The notes: generated by a model not told the origin, from the letters alone. Shown: positions 48,673 through 60,113, counted from the stretch's first letter. The stretch is 64,000 bases of DNA from an uncultured Ruficoccus sp. (GCA_965140785.1 OZ223511.1:17680-81679), one strand, 5' to 3'. Made by a program: numbers and translations.

Positions 48673-49830
48673 TCAGCCCTTGGCCTTGGCGACCATCTCG
48701 TAGAACTGGGTGAAGAGCGGGTCGGCGTCGTTGGGGCCGGGGGCGGCCTCGGGGTGGTACTGCACGCTGAAGACGGGCAGATCCTTGTGGCGCAGGCCCT
48801 CGACGGTGTCGTCGTTGAGGTTGAGCTCGGTCACGACGCCGCCGCACTTTTCGATTTCGTCCCGGGTGGAGGCGAAGCCGTGGTTCTGCGAGGTGATGGA
48901 GACCTGGCCGGTTTCGAGGTTCTTGACCGGCTGGTTGCCGCCGCGGTGGCCGAACTTGAGCTTGAAGGTCTTGGCGCCGAGGGCGTGGGTGATGATCTGG
49001 TGCCCGAGGCAGATGCCGAAGGTCGGGTATTCCTGCATCAGCTTGGAAACGCTCTGGTGCGCATAGGTGACGGCGGAGGGGTCGCCCGGGCCGTTACTGA
49101 GGAAGAGGGCGTCGGGCTTGAGCTCCTTGACCTGCTCGGGAGTGGCTGTGGCGGGCACCACAAACACGTCGAAGCCGTGATTGCGCAGGCGCTTGAAGAT
49201 CGAGCGCTTGGCCCCGAAGTCGAAGGCGACGACCTTGAAGATTTTGTCGGGGCGGGTGAAATGGTTGAGGGTGGTGCCGGCGATCTTGAACTGCTCGCTC
49301 ATCGTGCCGTCCGGGTCGAAGGCGTAGGGCTCCTTGCAGGTGACGTCCTTGACGTAGTCGATGCCGACCAGGCCCGGCCACTCTTTGGCCTGCTTGACGG
49401 CCTCCTCGTCGGAGAGGTCTTCGGTGCTCAGGCAGGCCTTCATGGCCCCGTCGACGCGCAGGCGCTTGGTGATGGCGCGGGTGTCCACCCCGGAGAGGCC
49501 GGGGATGCCGTGCAGCTCGAGGTACTCGGGCAGGGAGAGGGTGCTGCGCCAGTTGCTGGCGACTGGCGAGAGGTCGCGGATGACGAAGGCCTTGACCTTG
49601 GGGCCTTCCGACTCCTCGTCCTCGGGGTTGATCCCGTAGTTGCCGATCTGCGAGGCCGTCATGGTGACGATCTGCGCATAGTAGGAGGGGTCGGTCAGGA
49701 TTTCCTGGTAACCCGTCATCGACGTGTTGAAAACGGCTTCGCCGACGACCGTCTTGGCGGCGCCGAATGCTTTACCCCGGAAGACGCTTCCGTCCTCCAG
49801 CGCGAGAATCCCTCTGCGTGAAGTGCCCAT
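48673..49830 (-). CDS. carA: Carbamoyl-phosphate synthase small subunit
   Basis: FNTSMTGYQEILTDPSY, SNGPGDP, GICLGHQ and SVQYHPE motifs. Confidence 0.97.
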   Translation of the reverse strand: MGTSRRGILALEDGSVFRGKAFGAAKTVVGEAVFNTSMTGYQEILTDPSYYAQIVTMTASQIGNYGINPEDEESEGPKVKAFVIRDLSPVASNWRSTLSLPEYLELHGIPGLSGVDTRAITKRLRVDGAMKACLSTEDLSDEEAVKQAKEWPGLVGIDYVKDVTCKEPYAFDPDGTMSEQFKIAGTTLNHFTRPDKIFKVVAFDFGAKRSIFKRLRNHGFDVFVVPATATPEQVKELKPDALFLSNGPGDPSAVTYAHQSVSKLMQEYPTFGICLGHQIITHALGAKTFKLKFGHRGGNQPVKNLETGQVSITSQNHGFASTRDEIEKCGGVVTELNLNDDTVEGLRHKDLPVFSVQYHPEAAPGPNDADPLFTQFYEMVAKAKG

Positions 49831-50032
49831 TAGCGATCCAAAGAAAGGGCACCTTCACCCCGGCGCAAATAAAAAACACTTTTACCCCGCAATCTCCTCC
49901 TGCGGAGTCTCACTCGCTCTCAAGGGTAATAGCCACCGTAGCCCATGACTCCGCGTACAAGGAGTCATCAGTGATCCGAAGGATCACGGGTGCAGGACTT
50001 TTTCCTGCCGCCTACTCTGTCCGGCGGGCAGT

Positions 50033-50578
50033 TCAGGCGTCAGCGATATTTTCTTTCAGACAATCGGCGATCAGCGTGAGTAACTCCTGCTCTGGGAGCT
50101 TGCAGGAGACGCAGGCGTCCATGGCTCCTTCTTCCTTGAGGGTCTGGTAATCCTCCGGGAAGGGCGAGCGGGAGCGGCCCACGATGTGCGGCGCGTGTTC
50201 TTTCCAGTTGGTGCGGATGGTGCGGGCGGCCATCACGCCGTTGAGGTCGGGGAGTTCGACATCCATCAGGACGAGGTCGTAATCGTGGTCGCGGACGGCG
50301 TTCATCACTTCAACGCCGCTGCTGGCCCACTCGACTTCGTAGCCCTCCTGACGGAGGCGCTGGATAGCCCGGCGCTTTCCGGCGAAGCCGTCCTGAGCGA
50401 TCAGGATGCGCGGGTGGGTGCGGTCGTCAGTTCTTGCCGCAGCCCTATCCGCCCCGGTGGATGCGAGGCGGGGTGTATCGAACAGTGCTTCCATGGCTGG
50501 AAGTAAGTTAAGCCACTCGCGGGCCAAAGGTCCATCCGGTCTCAACCGTATTTTGGGGAATTTATGATAATCATTCAT
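50033..50578 (-). CDS. Single-domain response regulator with N-terminal extension (atypical acidic pocket)
   Basis: ILIAQD...YDLVLMDVELPDLNG; start MNDYHK assumed. Confidence 0.75.
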   Translation of the reverse strand: MNDYHKFPKIRLRPDGPLAREWLNLLPAMEALFDTPRLASTGADRAAARTDDRTHPRILIAQDGFAGKRRAIQRLRQEGYEVEWASSGVEVMNAVRDHDYDLVLMDVELPDLNGVMAARTIRTNWKEHAPHIVGRSRSPFPEDYQTLKEEGAMDACVSCKLPEQELLTLIADCLKENIADA

Positions 50579-50831
50579 AACCCTTGGGGGGCAAAAAGCC
50601 GTGGGCAGCCTCCCATACAGACCCCAGATGAGCGGGGCCGTGCCGGTGAATAACTTTTGGGGGCCGGCTCCAGGCGGTCTCTTCAAATGATCTCACGTCG
50701 CATCTTACGCCGCTTTTTGCCTCAGTTCGAATCCTGAATTTTGAATTCAAAAAAAAAACGGCCGCTTCTGCTCGTTCCGAGGTTTGCGGACACTGCCTGG
50801 CCCCTCGGGCGGATCAAACGCCGGGCGTTTG

Positions 50832-51167
50832 TTACTCTTCGCTCGGCAGCTCGCTCTTCCTCGATCAGGACGCGGCGCAGGGACTCGGCCAGGGCGTGCG
50901 CCTCCTCGGCGTTTTTTCCAGTAAAAGACATCGCGGCACATCTTGCGGTACTCGACGATCCCGGCTTGGCGCAGCACCCGCAGGTGATGCGAGACGGTGG
51001 GCTGGGACAGTTTGAGCTTTTCGGCGATCTGGGAGACGTTGTTGCCGTGCTTGCAGTCGGCGTTGATCGGCAGCAGGTCGAGGATTTGCAGGCGCACGAT
51101 ATCCCCCACCGCCCACAGTTGGCGGGCGAGTTCTTCCCTGGGTCTTGATGGTGGCGGCGGCGCTCAT
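50832..51167 (-). CDS. ArsR/SmtB-family regulator, broken by 2-3 single-base insertions
   Basis: Corrected read MSAAATIKTQEELARQLWAVGDIVRLQILDLL...VSQIAEKLKLSQPTVSHHLRVLRQAGIV...VFYWKNAEEA. Confidence 0.8.
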
Positions 51168-51277
51168 TTTTCCAAAAGAGTAGCATGATGGAACGGGGGG
51201 CGGACGCAAGGCAAATGTATTGAAGTTTTTAAATATTTTAAAATGTTTGGTTGAATTTTCGGCAAAGCTGCCTATAA

Positions 51278-52497
51278 ATGTTTTCCTCTCACATGTACCC
51301 GCGAGACAACACCAACCAGTGGTTCCAGGGCCAGGGCCTGTGGAGCCATGTCCCCGCCAGCGACTGGAAAAACTGGAAGTGGCAGTTGAAAAAACCGCCT
51401 CACCACCGTGGAACAGGTGGAGAAATACCTGGAGCTGTCCCCGCAGGAGCGCGCCGGTTGCTATTTCTCCGGGCGCAAGCTCGCCCTGGCCATTACCCCG
51501 TACTTTTTCAACCTCATCGACCGGGACGAACCCGGACTGCCCGATCCGACGGCAAAATCATTCCCCCGCGAGGAGGAGATGGAGACCTCGCCCGAGGAGT
51601 TTGCTCGAACCCGGTGGGCGAGGAGGGGAGCATGGCCGTGAAGGGCATCGTGCACCGCTACCCGGATCGGGTGCTGTTTCTGGTCACGGACCGCTGCGCC
51701 TCGTACTGCCGCTATTGTACACGCTCCGCGGCTGGTTTCCAACGCGCAGGACTACAATTTTCACCCGGAGTTCGAGTCCGGCCTCAAGTATATCGAGGAG
51801 CACCCGGAAGTCCGCGACGTGCTCCTCTCCGGCGGTGACCCGCTCCTGCTCTCCGAGAAGAAGCTCGACTACCTGCTGGGACCGCCTGCGGGCCCATTCC
51901 ACACGTCGAGTTCATCCGCATCGGCTCGCGCATCCCGGTCTTCCTGCCGCAGCGCATCACGCCCGAGCTGTGCGAGACCCTGAAAAAAGCATGGCCCGAT
52001 CTGGATGAGCATCCACGTCAACCATCCGCGCGAGTGTACGGAGGAACTGCGGGAGGGCGACGGAGCGGCTGGCCTACGCCGGGGTGCCGATCGGCAACCA
52101 GAGCGTCCTGCTCAAGGGTGTGAACGACAACCTCGAGGACGATGAAGAGCCTCGTGCACCGCTTGCTCATGATGCGCGTGCGCCCGTACTACCTTTACCA
52201 GTGCGACCTGATCACCGGCAGCGCCCACCTACGCACCGACGTGAGCACCGGGATCAAGCTGATCCAGCAATTGCGCGGCCACACGACCGGCTACGCCGTC
52301 CCGCAATACGTGATCGACGCCCCCGGCGGCGGCGGCAAGGTCCCCATCAATCCCGAGTACGTGCAGAAAATCACCGACTCGGAGGTCGTCCTGCGCAACT
52401 ACGAGGGCAAGACCTACAAATACCCGCTGGTCAACGGCGTCCCCGTCCCCCTCCCGATACCCTGCCCGAGGAAGTCGGCATTGGTGGATGGGAGTAG
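51278..52497 (+). CDS. KamA-family radical SAM aminomutase (lysine 2,3-aminomutase/EpmB-like), many frameshifts
   Basis: [56 protein letters not shown] and DAPGGGGK motifs spread over three frames. Confidence 0.88.
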
Positions 52498-52637
52498 GCA
52501 GCGCAGGTGCTGCAGCGGGCGATGCTTTATGCCCGGAGGCCGTCGTGCGCCCGGATGTTCGTATGGCAATCCCCGCTATCTGCCGGGAGTGCTTTTTAAA
52601 AATAGCGAGGCCCTGATAATTAGCATCTTACGCGCGT

Positions 52638-52676
52638 AAAAAAAAAGCGCGCCCCGGGAGGGAACGCGCTTTTTTT
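52638..52676. terminator. Bidirectional terminator between kamA-like and PEP-CTERM genes
   Basis: A9-GCGCG...CGCGC-T7. Confidence 0.75.
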
Positions 52677-52693
52677 CAGGTTAAAGGTGAGGA

Positions 52694-53356
52694 TTAGGCG
52701 ACGCGGGCACGGCGATACCGGCGGAAGGCGAAGACGACCGCAAGGCCGAACGCCCCGGCGATGGCCGCAGTGCTGGCGGGCTCGGGAAACGACGGTGGCG
52801 GCGGAAAACCGTTGTGCTCCCATAATCATAGGTGGCAACGGCACCGTCGGTGGTGATGGTTAACGTGTTGGCCTTGAGGTTAATGCCATTGTAGTCGGAA
52901 GCCAGGATAGGATCACCCCCTGCAATGTCATCGATGATGGCAAGTCCGGCAAAGCCCATGCTGATCGTGGCGTTGTCGAGCGCGAGGTTAACATAGCCAA
53001 ATCCCGTGCTGTACAGCAGACCGGCATTATTGTTATTTGTGCTGAAGCGCGGAGTGCTTATAGTCCCGCTGGCATCGAGGAAGAAGGTGCCGTTGTTATC
53101 GGGATTGGTGGAACCAGAGATGGTCACGCTGACGGCGCTCGGTGTCGTATAGATATTGCCTCCGTGATTCCGTGTAGGTTGCGCTCATCCAGCGTGACGC
53201 TGATCTTTCATTGAGAGCACCATTCATTCCCCTGCGTATCCGGTCCCTCCGGATTATTATAGGAGGTAATAATGGTGAAGTCGTAGCCCACAATAGCGCT
53301 GGCTGAGAGCACGCTAGCGAGAGTTAATAGCAAGTATAGTAACGATTTTTTTTCAT
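52694..53356 (-). CDS. PEP-CTERM sorting-domain exoprotein, frameshifted (not intact in the ORF track)
   Basis: Corrected N-terminus MKKIVTILAITLASVLSASA (signal peptide); corrected C-terminus VVPEPASTAAIAGAFGLAVVFAFRRYRRARVA. Confidence 0.8.
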
Positions 53357-53980
53357 AATAGGTGCATATGGATTTATCGAGTTGAGGTATCTACCTTTTG
53401 ATTTATCAGGTCAAGTTAATGGCGATTTCAAATGGGTATAAACACCCCTTTAGTAGTTTATCTGATTTACTATTATGTGCGCATAAGATGGATGTTTGTG
53501 CGTTACGAAGGGTTGTCTTTTTTTTGTATTTGTTTTTATGTCTTTTACTGTTATTGGTTTATGTGATTTTTCGTATAAGACTAAATCTCGGGGAGAATTG
53601 TTTTTTTTACATATATTTATCTGATGAGGAGGAGGGACAGGCTCTCTGCTACAGCTTGGTGTGGAGTGAAAATGGGGTTTGAAGCAGCCGGTTTTATTAC
53701 TCATTAATAGGTTATAAAATACCCTATTATTTTGCGAAAGCATGTGTAGCGGTTTTTGAATTCCATTTGCACGCCAGTGGAACTGGGCCTACACCTGCCC
53801 GCTGTTCAACGGCGTCCCGGATGCCTCCCGTACGCTCTCCGGAGGAAGTTCGGCCCCCGGCGGCTGGGAATGTGGGGCAGCGCAGAGCCCTGCACCCGTG
53901 ATGCTGGCGCATCGCCGATGGCTCCGTTTGGGACGGAGCCATTGGAAGCGGCATGACGACAAGGGCGGATGATTTTCCGC

Positions 53981-54328
53981 TCAACCCTCGTCCGGGGCTT
54001 GCCGCGCCTGCGCCCAAGCCGGGGCGTGACGTCTGGCAGGCCCAGCACTCGGTCAGGAAGCCGTCGTTGGTTTCGCCGCATTTTGGGGCAGGTCCACTCC
54101 GGCTGGTCGCTGTAGTCGGCGTTGAAGTACTCGTCAATGATCTCGCGGGCGCGGGCGATATCCGAGCGGTTCATGACGCAGACATTCGGGTACATCACGG
54201 GAATGGGAACCTCGGTGATGCCGGAGCCCGTCCAGTTGCGGAGCATGGTGGGGATGCCCGATTCCTTGAGAATGTTGTCGATCAGGCCGACTTTGGCCGA
54301 ATCAATGTCCCGGTACACTTCAAAACAT
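53981..54328 (-). CDS. DUF2007-like protein with a C-terminal RanBP2-type zinc ribbon, frameshifted
   Basis: Corrected MFEVYRDIDSAKVGLIDNILKESGIPTMLRN...EWTCPKCGETNDGFLTECWAC; 3' end approximate. Confidence 0.75.
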
Positions 54329-54594
54329 GGCGGTGGGGGATTTGTGGCAGGAGTGAAGTTGTGGCGGGGGTGAGGAACGCGGTCTGCGGACACTCCATCG
54401 TACCAGCCTGTAAGCGGCAAGTCGATTTGCGCAGGGCGAACTGGCCGACGGGCGGAAGGTATGCTGGGGGCCGGGGGGAGGAGTCCTGCGCAGAGAGGGG
54501 TAAGCCGGGTCCGCTGTCCCGGTCCGGCGGGGGTTCAATTTATGTTTGCAACGAGCCCGATTCGACGCTTTCCTTCCGTATTAAACCTAATTGC

Positions 54595-54622
54595 AAAAAA
54601 GCCCGTTGTGCGGGCTTTTTTT
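54595..54622. terminator. Bidirectional terminator-like hairpin in a divergent intergenic region
   Basis: A6-GCCCG-TTGTG-CGGGC-T7. Confidence 0.6.
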
Positions 54623-54711
54623 ATCTGATTAACTGTATACTCGGAGTTGGCGCAAGGCGTGCTTATCGCACTTGACAGAAACTCTGATTGACGACACCTT
54701 CACCCGCTCTT

Positions 54712-55923
54712 ATGGCAGTTCCGATTTTCCCAAGCCTGGACCGTGGCCACGTATGTGCTCGGCCAGAAACTGCGTGGTAACAAGCGTTACCCGCTGGTCC
54801 TCATGCTCGAACCGCTTTTCCGCTGCAACCTCGCCTGCGAGGGCTGCGGCAAAATCCAGTTCCCCGACCACATCCTCCTCAAAAAGCGCGTCTCGGCCGA
54901 GAAGGCGCTGGCCGCCGCCGAAGAGTGCGGCGCGCCGATCGTATCCATCGCCGGGGGTGAGCCGCTCATCCACCCCGAGATGGACCAGATCGTCGAGGGC
55001 CTGATCAAGCAGGGGCGCTACATTTACCTGTGCACGAACGCCCTCCTGCTCGAGCGCGCGCTCAAGAAGTTCAAGCCGCACAAGCAGCTCACCTTCTCCG
55101 TCCTCACATGGACGGGCTCAAGGAGGAGCACGACCGCTCGGTCAGCCGCGACGGCACCTACGACATCGCCCTCAAGGCGATCAAGAAGGCCGTCGATATG
55201 GGCTTCCGCGTGACCACGAACACCACGCTGTTCAACAACGCTGATCCCGAGCGCGTCCACCAGTTCTTTGACACGATGATGGAAGTCGGCGTCGAGAGCA
55301 TGATGACCTCCCCCGGCTACCCGTACGAAAAGGCCCCGGACCAGGAAATCTTCCTCGAACGCGACCGCACCAAGGTCCTCTTCAAGAAGATCCTAGGCGG
55401 TGCCAAGAAGGAATGGCGCTTCAACCACAGCCCGAACTTCCTGGCCTTCCTCAAGGGCGACATCGACTACGACTGCACCCCCTGGGGTAACCCGACCTAC
55501 AATGTGTTCGGCTGGCAGAAGCCCTGCTACCTGCTCGGCGACGGCTACACCAAGACTTTTAAGCAGATGATGGAGACGACCGAGTGGGAACGCTACGGTC
55601 AGCACGGCACCGACGAGCGCTGCAAGGACTGCATGGTCCACTGCGGCTACGAAGCCAGCGCCGTGGACGACAGCTTCTCCCTCGGCGGCGCCCTGCGCAT
55701 GTGGAAGGCCAACAAGAACATGCACAAGGCCGTCACCTTTACCGATGAGGAAGAGCGCCTCTACGCCAAGCTGCGCGAGGAAGCCAAGCAGCGCGAAGAG
55801 TCCTGCGGGGCCAGCTCTTGCTGCTCCTCCTCCAAGGAAACCTCCTCGGGCCGCGATGAGCTCATGGCCCAGATGGCCGAGCGCGGCAACTCCGAGCCAA
55901 GGTTTCGTCTAACTAGCTGTTGA
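54712..55923 (+). CDS. hpnH: Adenosyl-hopene transferase (radical SAM), two frameshifts
   Basis: [52 protein letters not shown] and [11 protein letters not shown] motifs. Confidence 0.92.
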
Positions 55924-55937
55924 TCAGCAAACTTTCC

Positions 55938-55966
55938 AAAGCCGGGCGCATTTGCCCGGCTTTTTT
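55938..55966 (+). terminator. Rho-independent terminator after hpnH
   Basis: AAAGCCGGGC-GCATTT-GCCCGGC-T6. Confidence 0.8.
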
Positions 55967-56086
55967 GTGCCCGCAGGTCTGATGGCGGGGAGGGGTAGGG
56001 GCATTTTTCCTAGGTAGAGGCCGGAAAACCCTTTATTATGTAGACGGGCTCGACTTGCGGCAATGTTTATAGCTTTAAGGCAGAGT

Positions 56087-56872
56087 ATGAAATCCTACTT
56101 AGCCATTTTCTCTCTTCTCTCCACACTCACGATTGCCTCGGCTGACATGCTTCAGCTCAAAGACGGTACGGTCCACAATGGCACCTATGCCGGAGGTAAA
56201 ATCTCGACTGTTCCGCTTCGAAATCGGCGACGAAATCAAGAACTTCCCTGTCAGTCAGGTCGCGGCCATCACCTTTGGTGGCTCTCTCTGGTAGCGACAC
56301 CGGCACCGCCTCTGCGAGCGTATCTAATAATGCCGCCCCCGCCGCCTCGAATGCTGCCGCCAGCGTCTCGGGCACCATCCCGTCCGGCACGCCGTTGGTT
56401 GTTTCCCTCTCGCAGGAGTTGGACTCAAAGCACGCCGAGGTCGGTCAGACCTTTGGTGGCACGCTCGTCTCTCCGCTCACGGTGGGGGACAGGGTTGTCG
56501 CTCCGGCCGGTTCGAAGGTCTTGGGCAAGGTGACGGAAGTCCATCAAGCCCGCCGCCTGCTCGGGCGCAAACGCCTCTCTGAGCTTTAGCCTGACTGCAC
56601 TCCTCGTAAATGGCCAGGAGTACCCGATCAGCACGAATGCCCAGTCCGAGGATGTACGGGGCCAGGGTATGATCGGTGGCGCGGCCAAGGGCGCAGCACG
56701 TGGGGCGACCTGGGGCGCGATTGCGGATGATGACAATGTCGGTAATGACGCGCTGGCCGGAATGGCTTCCAGTGCCGTGGGCAATGTCATGCGCAAGCCT
56801 GAGCAGGTCGTTTACAAGCAGGGGGCGATCCTCTCTTTTGACCTGACCCAGTCCGTCTCGCTCGACAAGTAG
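56087..56872 (+). CDS. Secreted protein with a TrbI/VirB10-like beta domain and glycine-zipper segment, frameshifted
   Basis: Signal MKSYLAIFSLLSTLTIASA; TIPSGTPLVVSLSQELDS...VAPAGSKVLGKVTEV; GGAAKGAARGATWGA; pieces lie in three frames. Confidence 0.6.
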
Positions 56873-57081
56873 CGACAATCGCTCGGGGGGCGTGACCGCG
56901 CTGGACATTTCAGTGCGGGGTTATCCTTGCGCCGCCGAAGGGAGGTCGCCTTCGTTTGCGGCAAGCGTTGTCCTGCGTTTTGATCGAGACAGCTTGGCTG
57001 TTCAGCGCCGTATGCGAGATGTCTCCGGGTGAGAAGCGGCTTGCCCCGGAGCGGGCAGATGGCTTTGCTGGAGCGTTTACC

Positions 57082-57955
57082 ATGACCGTCGAAGAAGCCT
57101 ACGCGCGCTGCCATGATCTGACTCGGGAGCACTACGAAAACTTTCCCGTTGCCCGGCTCGTTCCCAAGAGTATCCGTCCCTATGTGAGTGCGGTCTATGC
57201 CTTTGCGCGCACGGCGGACGACTTGGCGGACGAGGGTTGGGGCCAGAGCGGAAGCCCTGCGCCCGAGGAGCGCGTGGCCGCGCTCGACGCCTACGAGGAG
57301 CAGCTTGAGAACGCCGCGGCGGGTCGCCCGGTCTGCGACGAGTACGCCTGGATCTTTCTTGCCGTGGCCGATACGATTGAAAAGACCGGGGCGCCGCTCC
57401 AGCTCTTTCGAGACTTGCTCAGCGCCTTTAAGCAGGACTGCGTCAAACTGCGCTACGCGAGCTTCGACGAAGTGCTCGACTACTGCCGCCGCTCGGCCAA
57501 TCCGGTTGGCCGTCTCGTGCTCCATTCTGCACGGTCATGCCGACGAGCAGAAGTTCGCCTGGTCGGACCAGATTTGCTCCGCGCTCCAGTTGGCAAACTT
57601 CTGGCAGGACGTCAGTGTGGACATTAAGAAGGACGGGCGCATCTACATCCCGCAGGAGGATTGGGGAACGTTTGGCGTGACCGAGGCGATGTTCTCGCAG
57701 CCGCCGGCGACGCCGGAGTTTCGCGCCTGCCTCAAGCATCAGGTGGACCGCACCTACGCGATGTTTAAGGAGGGGCGCGTCCTCAGCCGCCATCTGCCGT
57801 TCCCGCTGAGCATGGAGATTCGCCTGACCTGGCTCGGTGGCCAGACCATCCTCGACAAGATCATTTCGCGCGACTACGACACGGTCAGCGCCCGCCCCAA
57901 GCTCAACGGCCTCGATAAGGTCAAGCTCCTGAACAAGGCGGCCTTTACGCGCTAG
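57082..57955 (+). CDS. hpnC: Squalene/hydroxysqualene synthase HpnC, one frameshift near 57522
   Basis: HYENFPVA, YAFARTADDLADEG, YCRRSANPVGRLVL and ALQLANFWQD motifs. Confidence 0.92.
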
Positions 57956-58109
57956 AGTCCCGCCAGGCTCAATCCTTCACCTCAACGGCCCAAACGCGCA
58001 AAGCGGTTCTGGTGCATTCGGGGCCTTTGGTGCTTTTGGGGTGGCGAAAGGCTCGTTGGGTGGAGGTCCTTCTTGGTGTTTAAGAAATGATCACGTGTGC
58101 CCGTTTTTG

Positions 58110-58173
58110 CCGAGTAGGGTAAAATAAAATTTACAAAATACTCGGGGCGGCAGGGGTTGGCATATTTGCTGCA
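58110..58173 (+). promoter_or_regulatory. Putative sigma54 promoter with an upstream dyad
   Basis: TGGCATATTTGCTGCA at 58158-58173 (-24 GG / -12 GC spacing); CCGAGTA...GTAAAATAAAATTTAC...TACTCGG dyad at 58110-58145. Confidence 0.45.
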
Positions 58174-58254
58174 AGTGCTAAGGCGTATGAGGCGCGGCCA
58201 GACTATCGGGCTGCGGATCGATACGAACTATCACCCACCTAGACCGTGATGCAT

Positions 58255-59005
58255 ATGGCCAAAAAAAACATCCTACTGAGCCTTCTAGCCGGATACATGA
58301 GCATTTCCGCTGCCTGGGCGGACGTATCGTTGAGCGTGACCGCCTTCGACGATACCTATATTGACGCCAGTAACCCCGACGCCAACTATGGGCGTTACGG
58401 AGCTATGCAGGTCAGCGGCAAGCGACACGAGTATCCGCTTGGCGTTTATTAAATTTGACGCCTCTGCCACAGTGGCTGCTTTCGACGAAGAGTACGGGGC
58501 GGGGGGCTGGACGCTGGCCTCGGCCTCCCTCAGTCTCGCGACGAACTACGGCACTGACGGTGTCCAGCCGGGCAACCGTCGCTTCAGTCCGATTGCCGAC
58601 GGTGATTTCGATGTGTCCTGGTTTGCTGACGATACCTGGGTGGATGACAACGACGAAACCGGCCTGACCTACGCAATGTACGAGTCGGACTATGCGGACA
58701 CTGAGACGAGTCTGCTGGGCAGGTACTACTGGGCTGCCGACGGTGACGGTACCACGACTTATGCCCTGAGCTATCTTGACGGGCTACTGGCTGACCTGCT
58801 GAACGACCCGGAGTCGCTGGTGAGCCTTCTCATCGGCGCGGCAGACGATGAGGTCAGCTATCTCTTTAATACGACCAATAACAACCCGGCCAAGCTCGTT
58901 CTGGTTGCTACCGCAGTGCCTGAGCCCGCTCACTATGCCTTTGCGCTGGCCCTGCCCTTGGCGCTATTCGTGTTGGCGCGTCGTCGGCGAACTCGCGGAT
59001 GTTGA
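58255..59005 (+). CDS. PEP-CTERM exoprotein with a DNRLRE-like N-terminal domain, one frameshift near 58420
   Basis: Signal peptide; DDTYIDASNPDANYG...RLAFIKFD; C-terminal AVPEPAHYAFALALPLALFVLARRRR. Confidence 0.85.
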
Positions 59006-59526
59006 GGGGGTTGCCGGGGACGGCTTTCTGAGGGCATGCATGCCGGGATACAAGGCCGCTGCTCTTGCTAGGGAGGCGGTGCGCACTTTCATCATGCGCG
59101 ACGGTTATGAGGGAGAGAATGCCAAGGCGGCTGCTCACTTGTTTAACTGATTAGCAATGGTGGGGGCGTTTTTTGGCCTGAGTATAGGGGACTTCGATCA
59201 AGGGAGTGATTTTAATCGAGCCGTCCAGATGTGAGCTTTCAGATGCCCGCCTAGCGGCCTGAGCGGTCGCTGAAGGGCCTGCTGATTGTTGATTTGCTCG
59301 TGCGCTGCGAAGCGCTCTGCGCATGATTTAAAATATCGAAAAGGTTGCTCTGTTCACTGCCACTCTTTACGCGCATAACAAACAGTCTAAGGTGGGTAAG
59401 GAAACCGCGAGGTTAATCGAAGTGACCATTAGCGATATAGGCGTCTATGGTAGCGGTGTTGCCATTGAGGCAGGGCTGATCCCACTGGTCGTATTGCCCG
59501 GTCAGCTCTGGGCTTGCGTACCGGGC

Positions 59527-60001
59527 CTAGAATACCTTTACGATGCGCCCGTCGGCACCGTTGGGGAGCTTGAACTGCGCTCCAGCGGCCCTTGCCGGTG
59601 ATGGCTGCGCCGATCGGGGATTGCGCTGTGATAACGGTGATCTCCGTGCCGTCCGAGGTCGAGTGTTTCGCCGCCGCCGACCGGTGAGAGGTAAAACCAC
59701 TCCCGGAACCGTCCGAGACTGCACTGGACGAGCGCTCCACGCAGCACGCTTTCGCGTGGGGTGGTGAGCTCGCTTTGCAAGCTTTCGAGCGTGCTGACCG
59801 CCTCGGCCAGCGCCGCGGGCCAGAGTCGCTTGGCCGGCAGCCAGATAGGAGGCTTCCAGCCCTTGGGTGTCGTACTTGGACTCGGCGCGGGTCTCTTCGT
59901 CGGTGGCGTAGTTGGCGGCATCACGGGAAGCGCCTACGGCGGCGTCCAGCTCCGTCTGAAGCTTTGCACGGAGTGCGTCGAAGACCTGGTTTTTTCTCCA
60001 T
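59527..60001 (-). CDS. GreA/GreB-like transcription elongation factor family protein, frameshifted
   Basis: Corrected ...ATDEETRAESKYDTQGLEASYLAAGQA...; C-terminal ITVITAQSPIGAA. Confidence 0.75.
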
Positions 60002-60113
60002 GCCCTAGATCAACGTGAAAACCTGGCACGGTGAAAACAAAAAAACGCGCCCTGAACTCTCCGCAATTTAAGCTTTTCGTGGAGGGCGTTTTGGCGATGG
60101 AGTGGGGGGCTGC

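Noticed and set aside
53398..53743. Two overlapping ~95-aa ORFs in the AT-rich stretch
   Set aside because: Low-complexity translations of T- and A-rich DNA with no motifs; more likely the regulatory region of the PEP-CTERM gene.
59006..59526. 520-bp spacer and short ORFs after the second PEP-CTERM gene
   Set aside because: No convincing coding signal, repeat or RNA motif seen, and the region lies in the error-prone zone.
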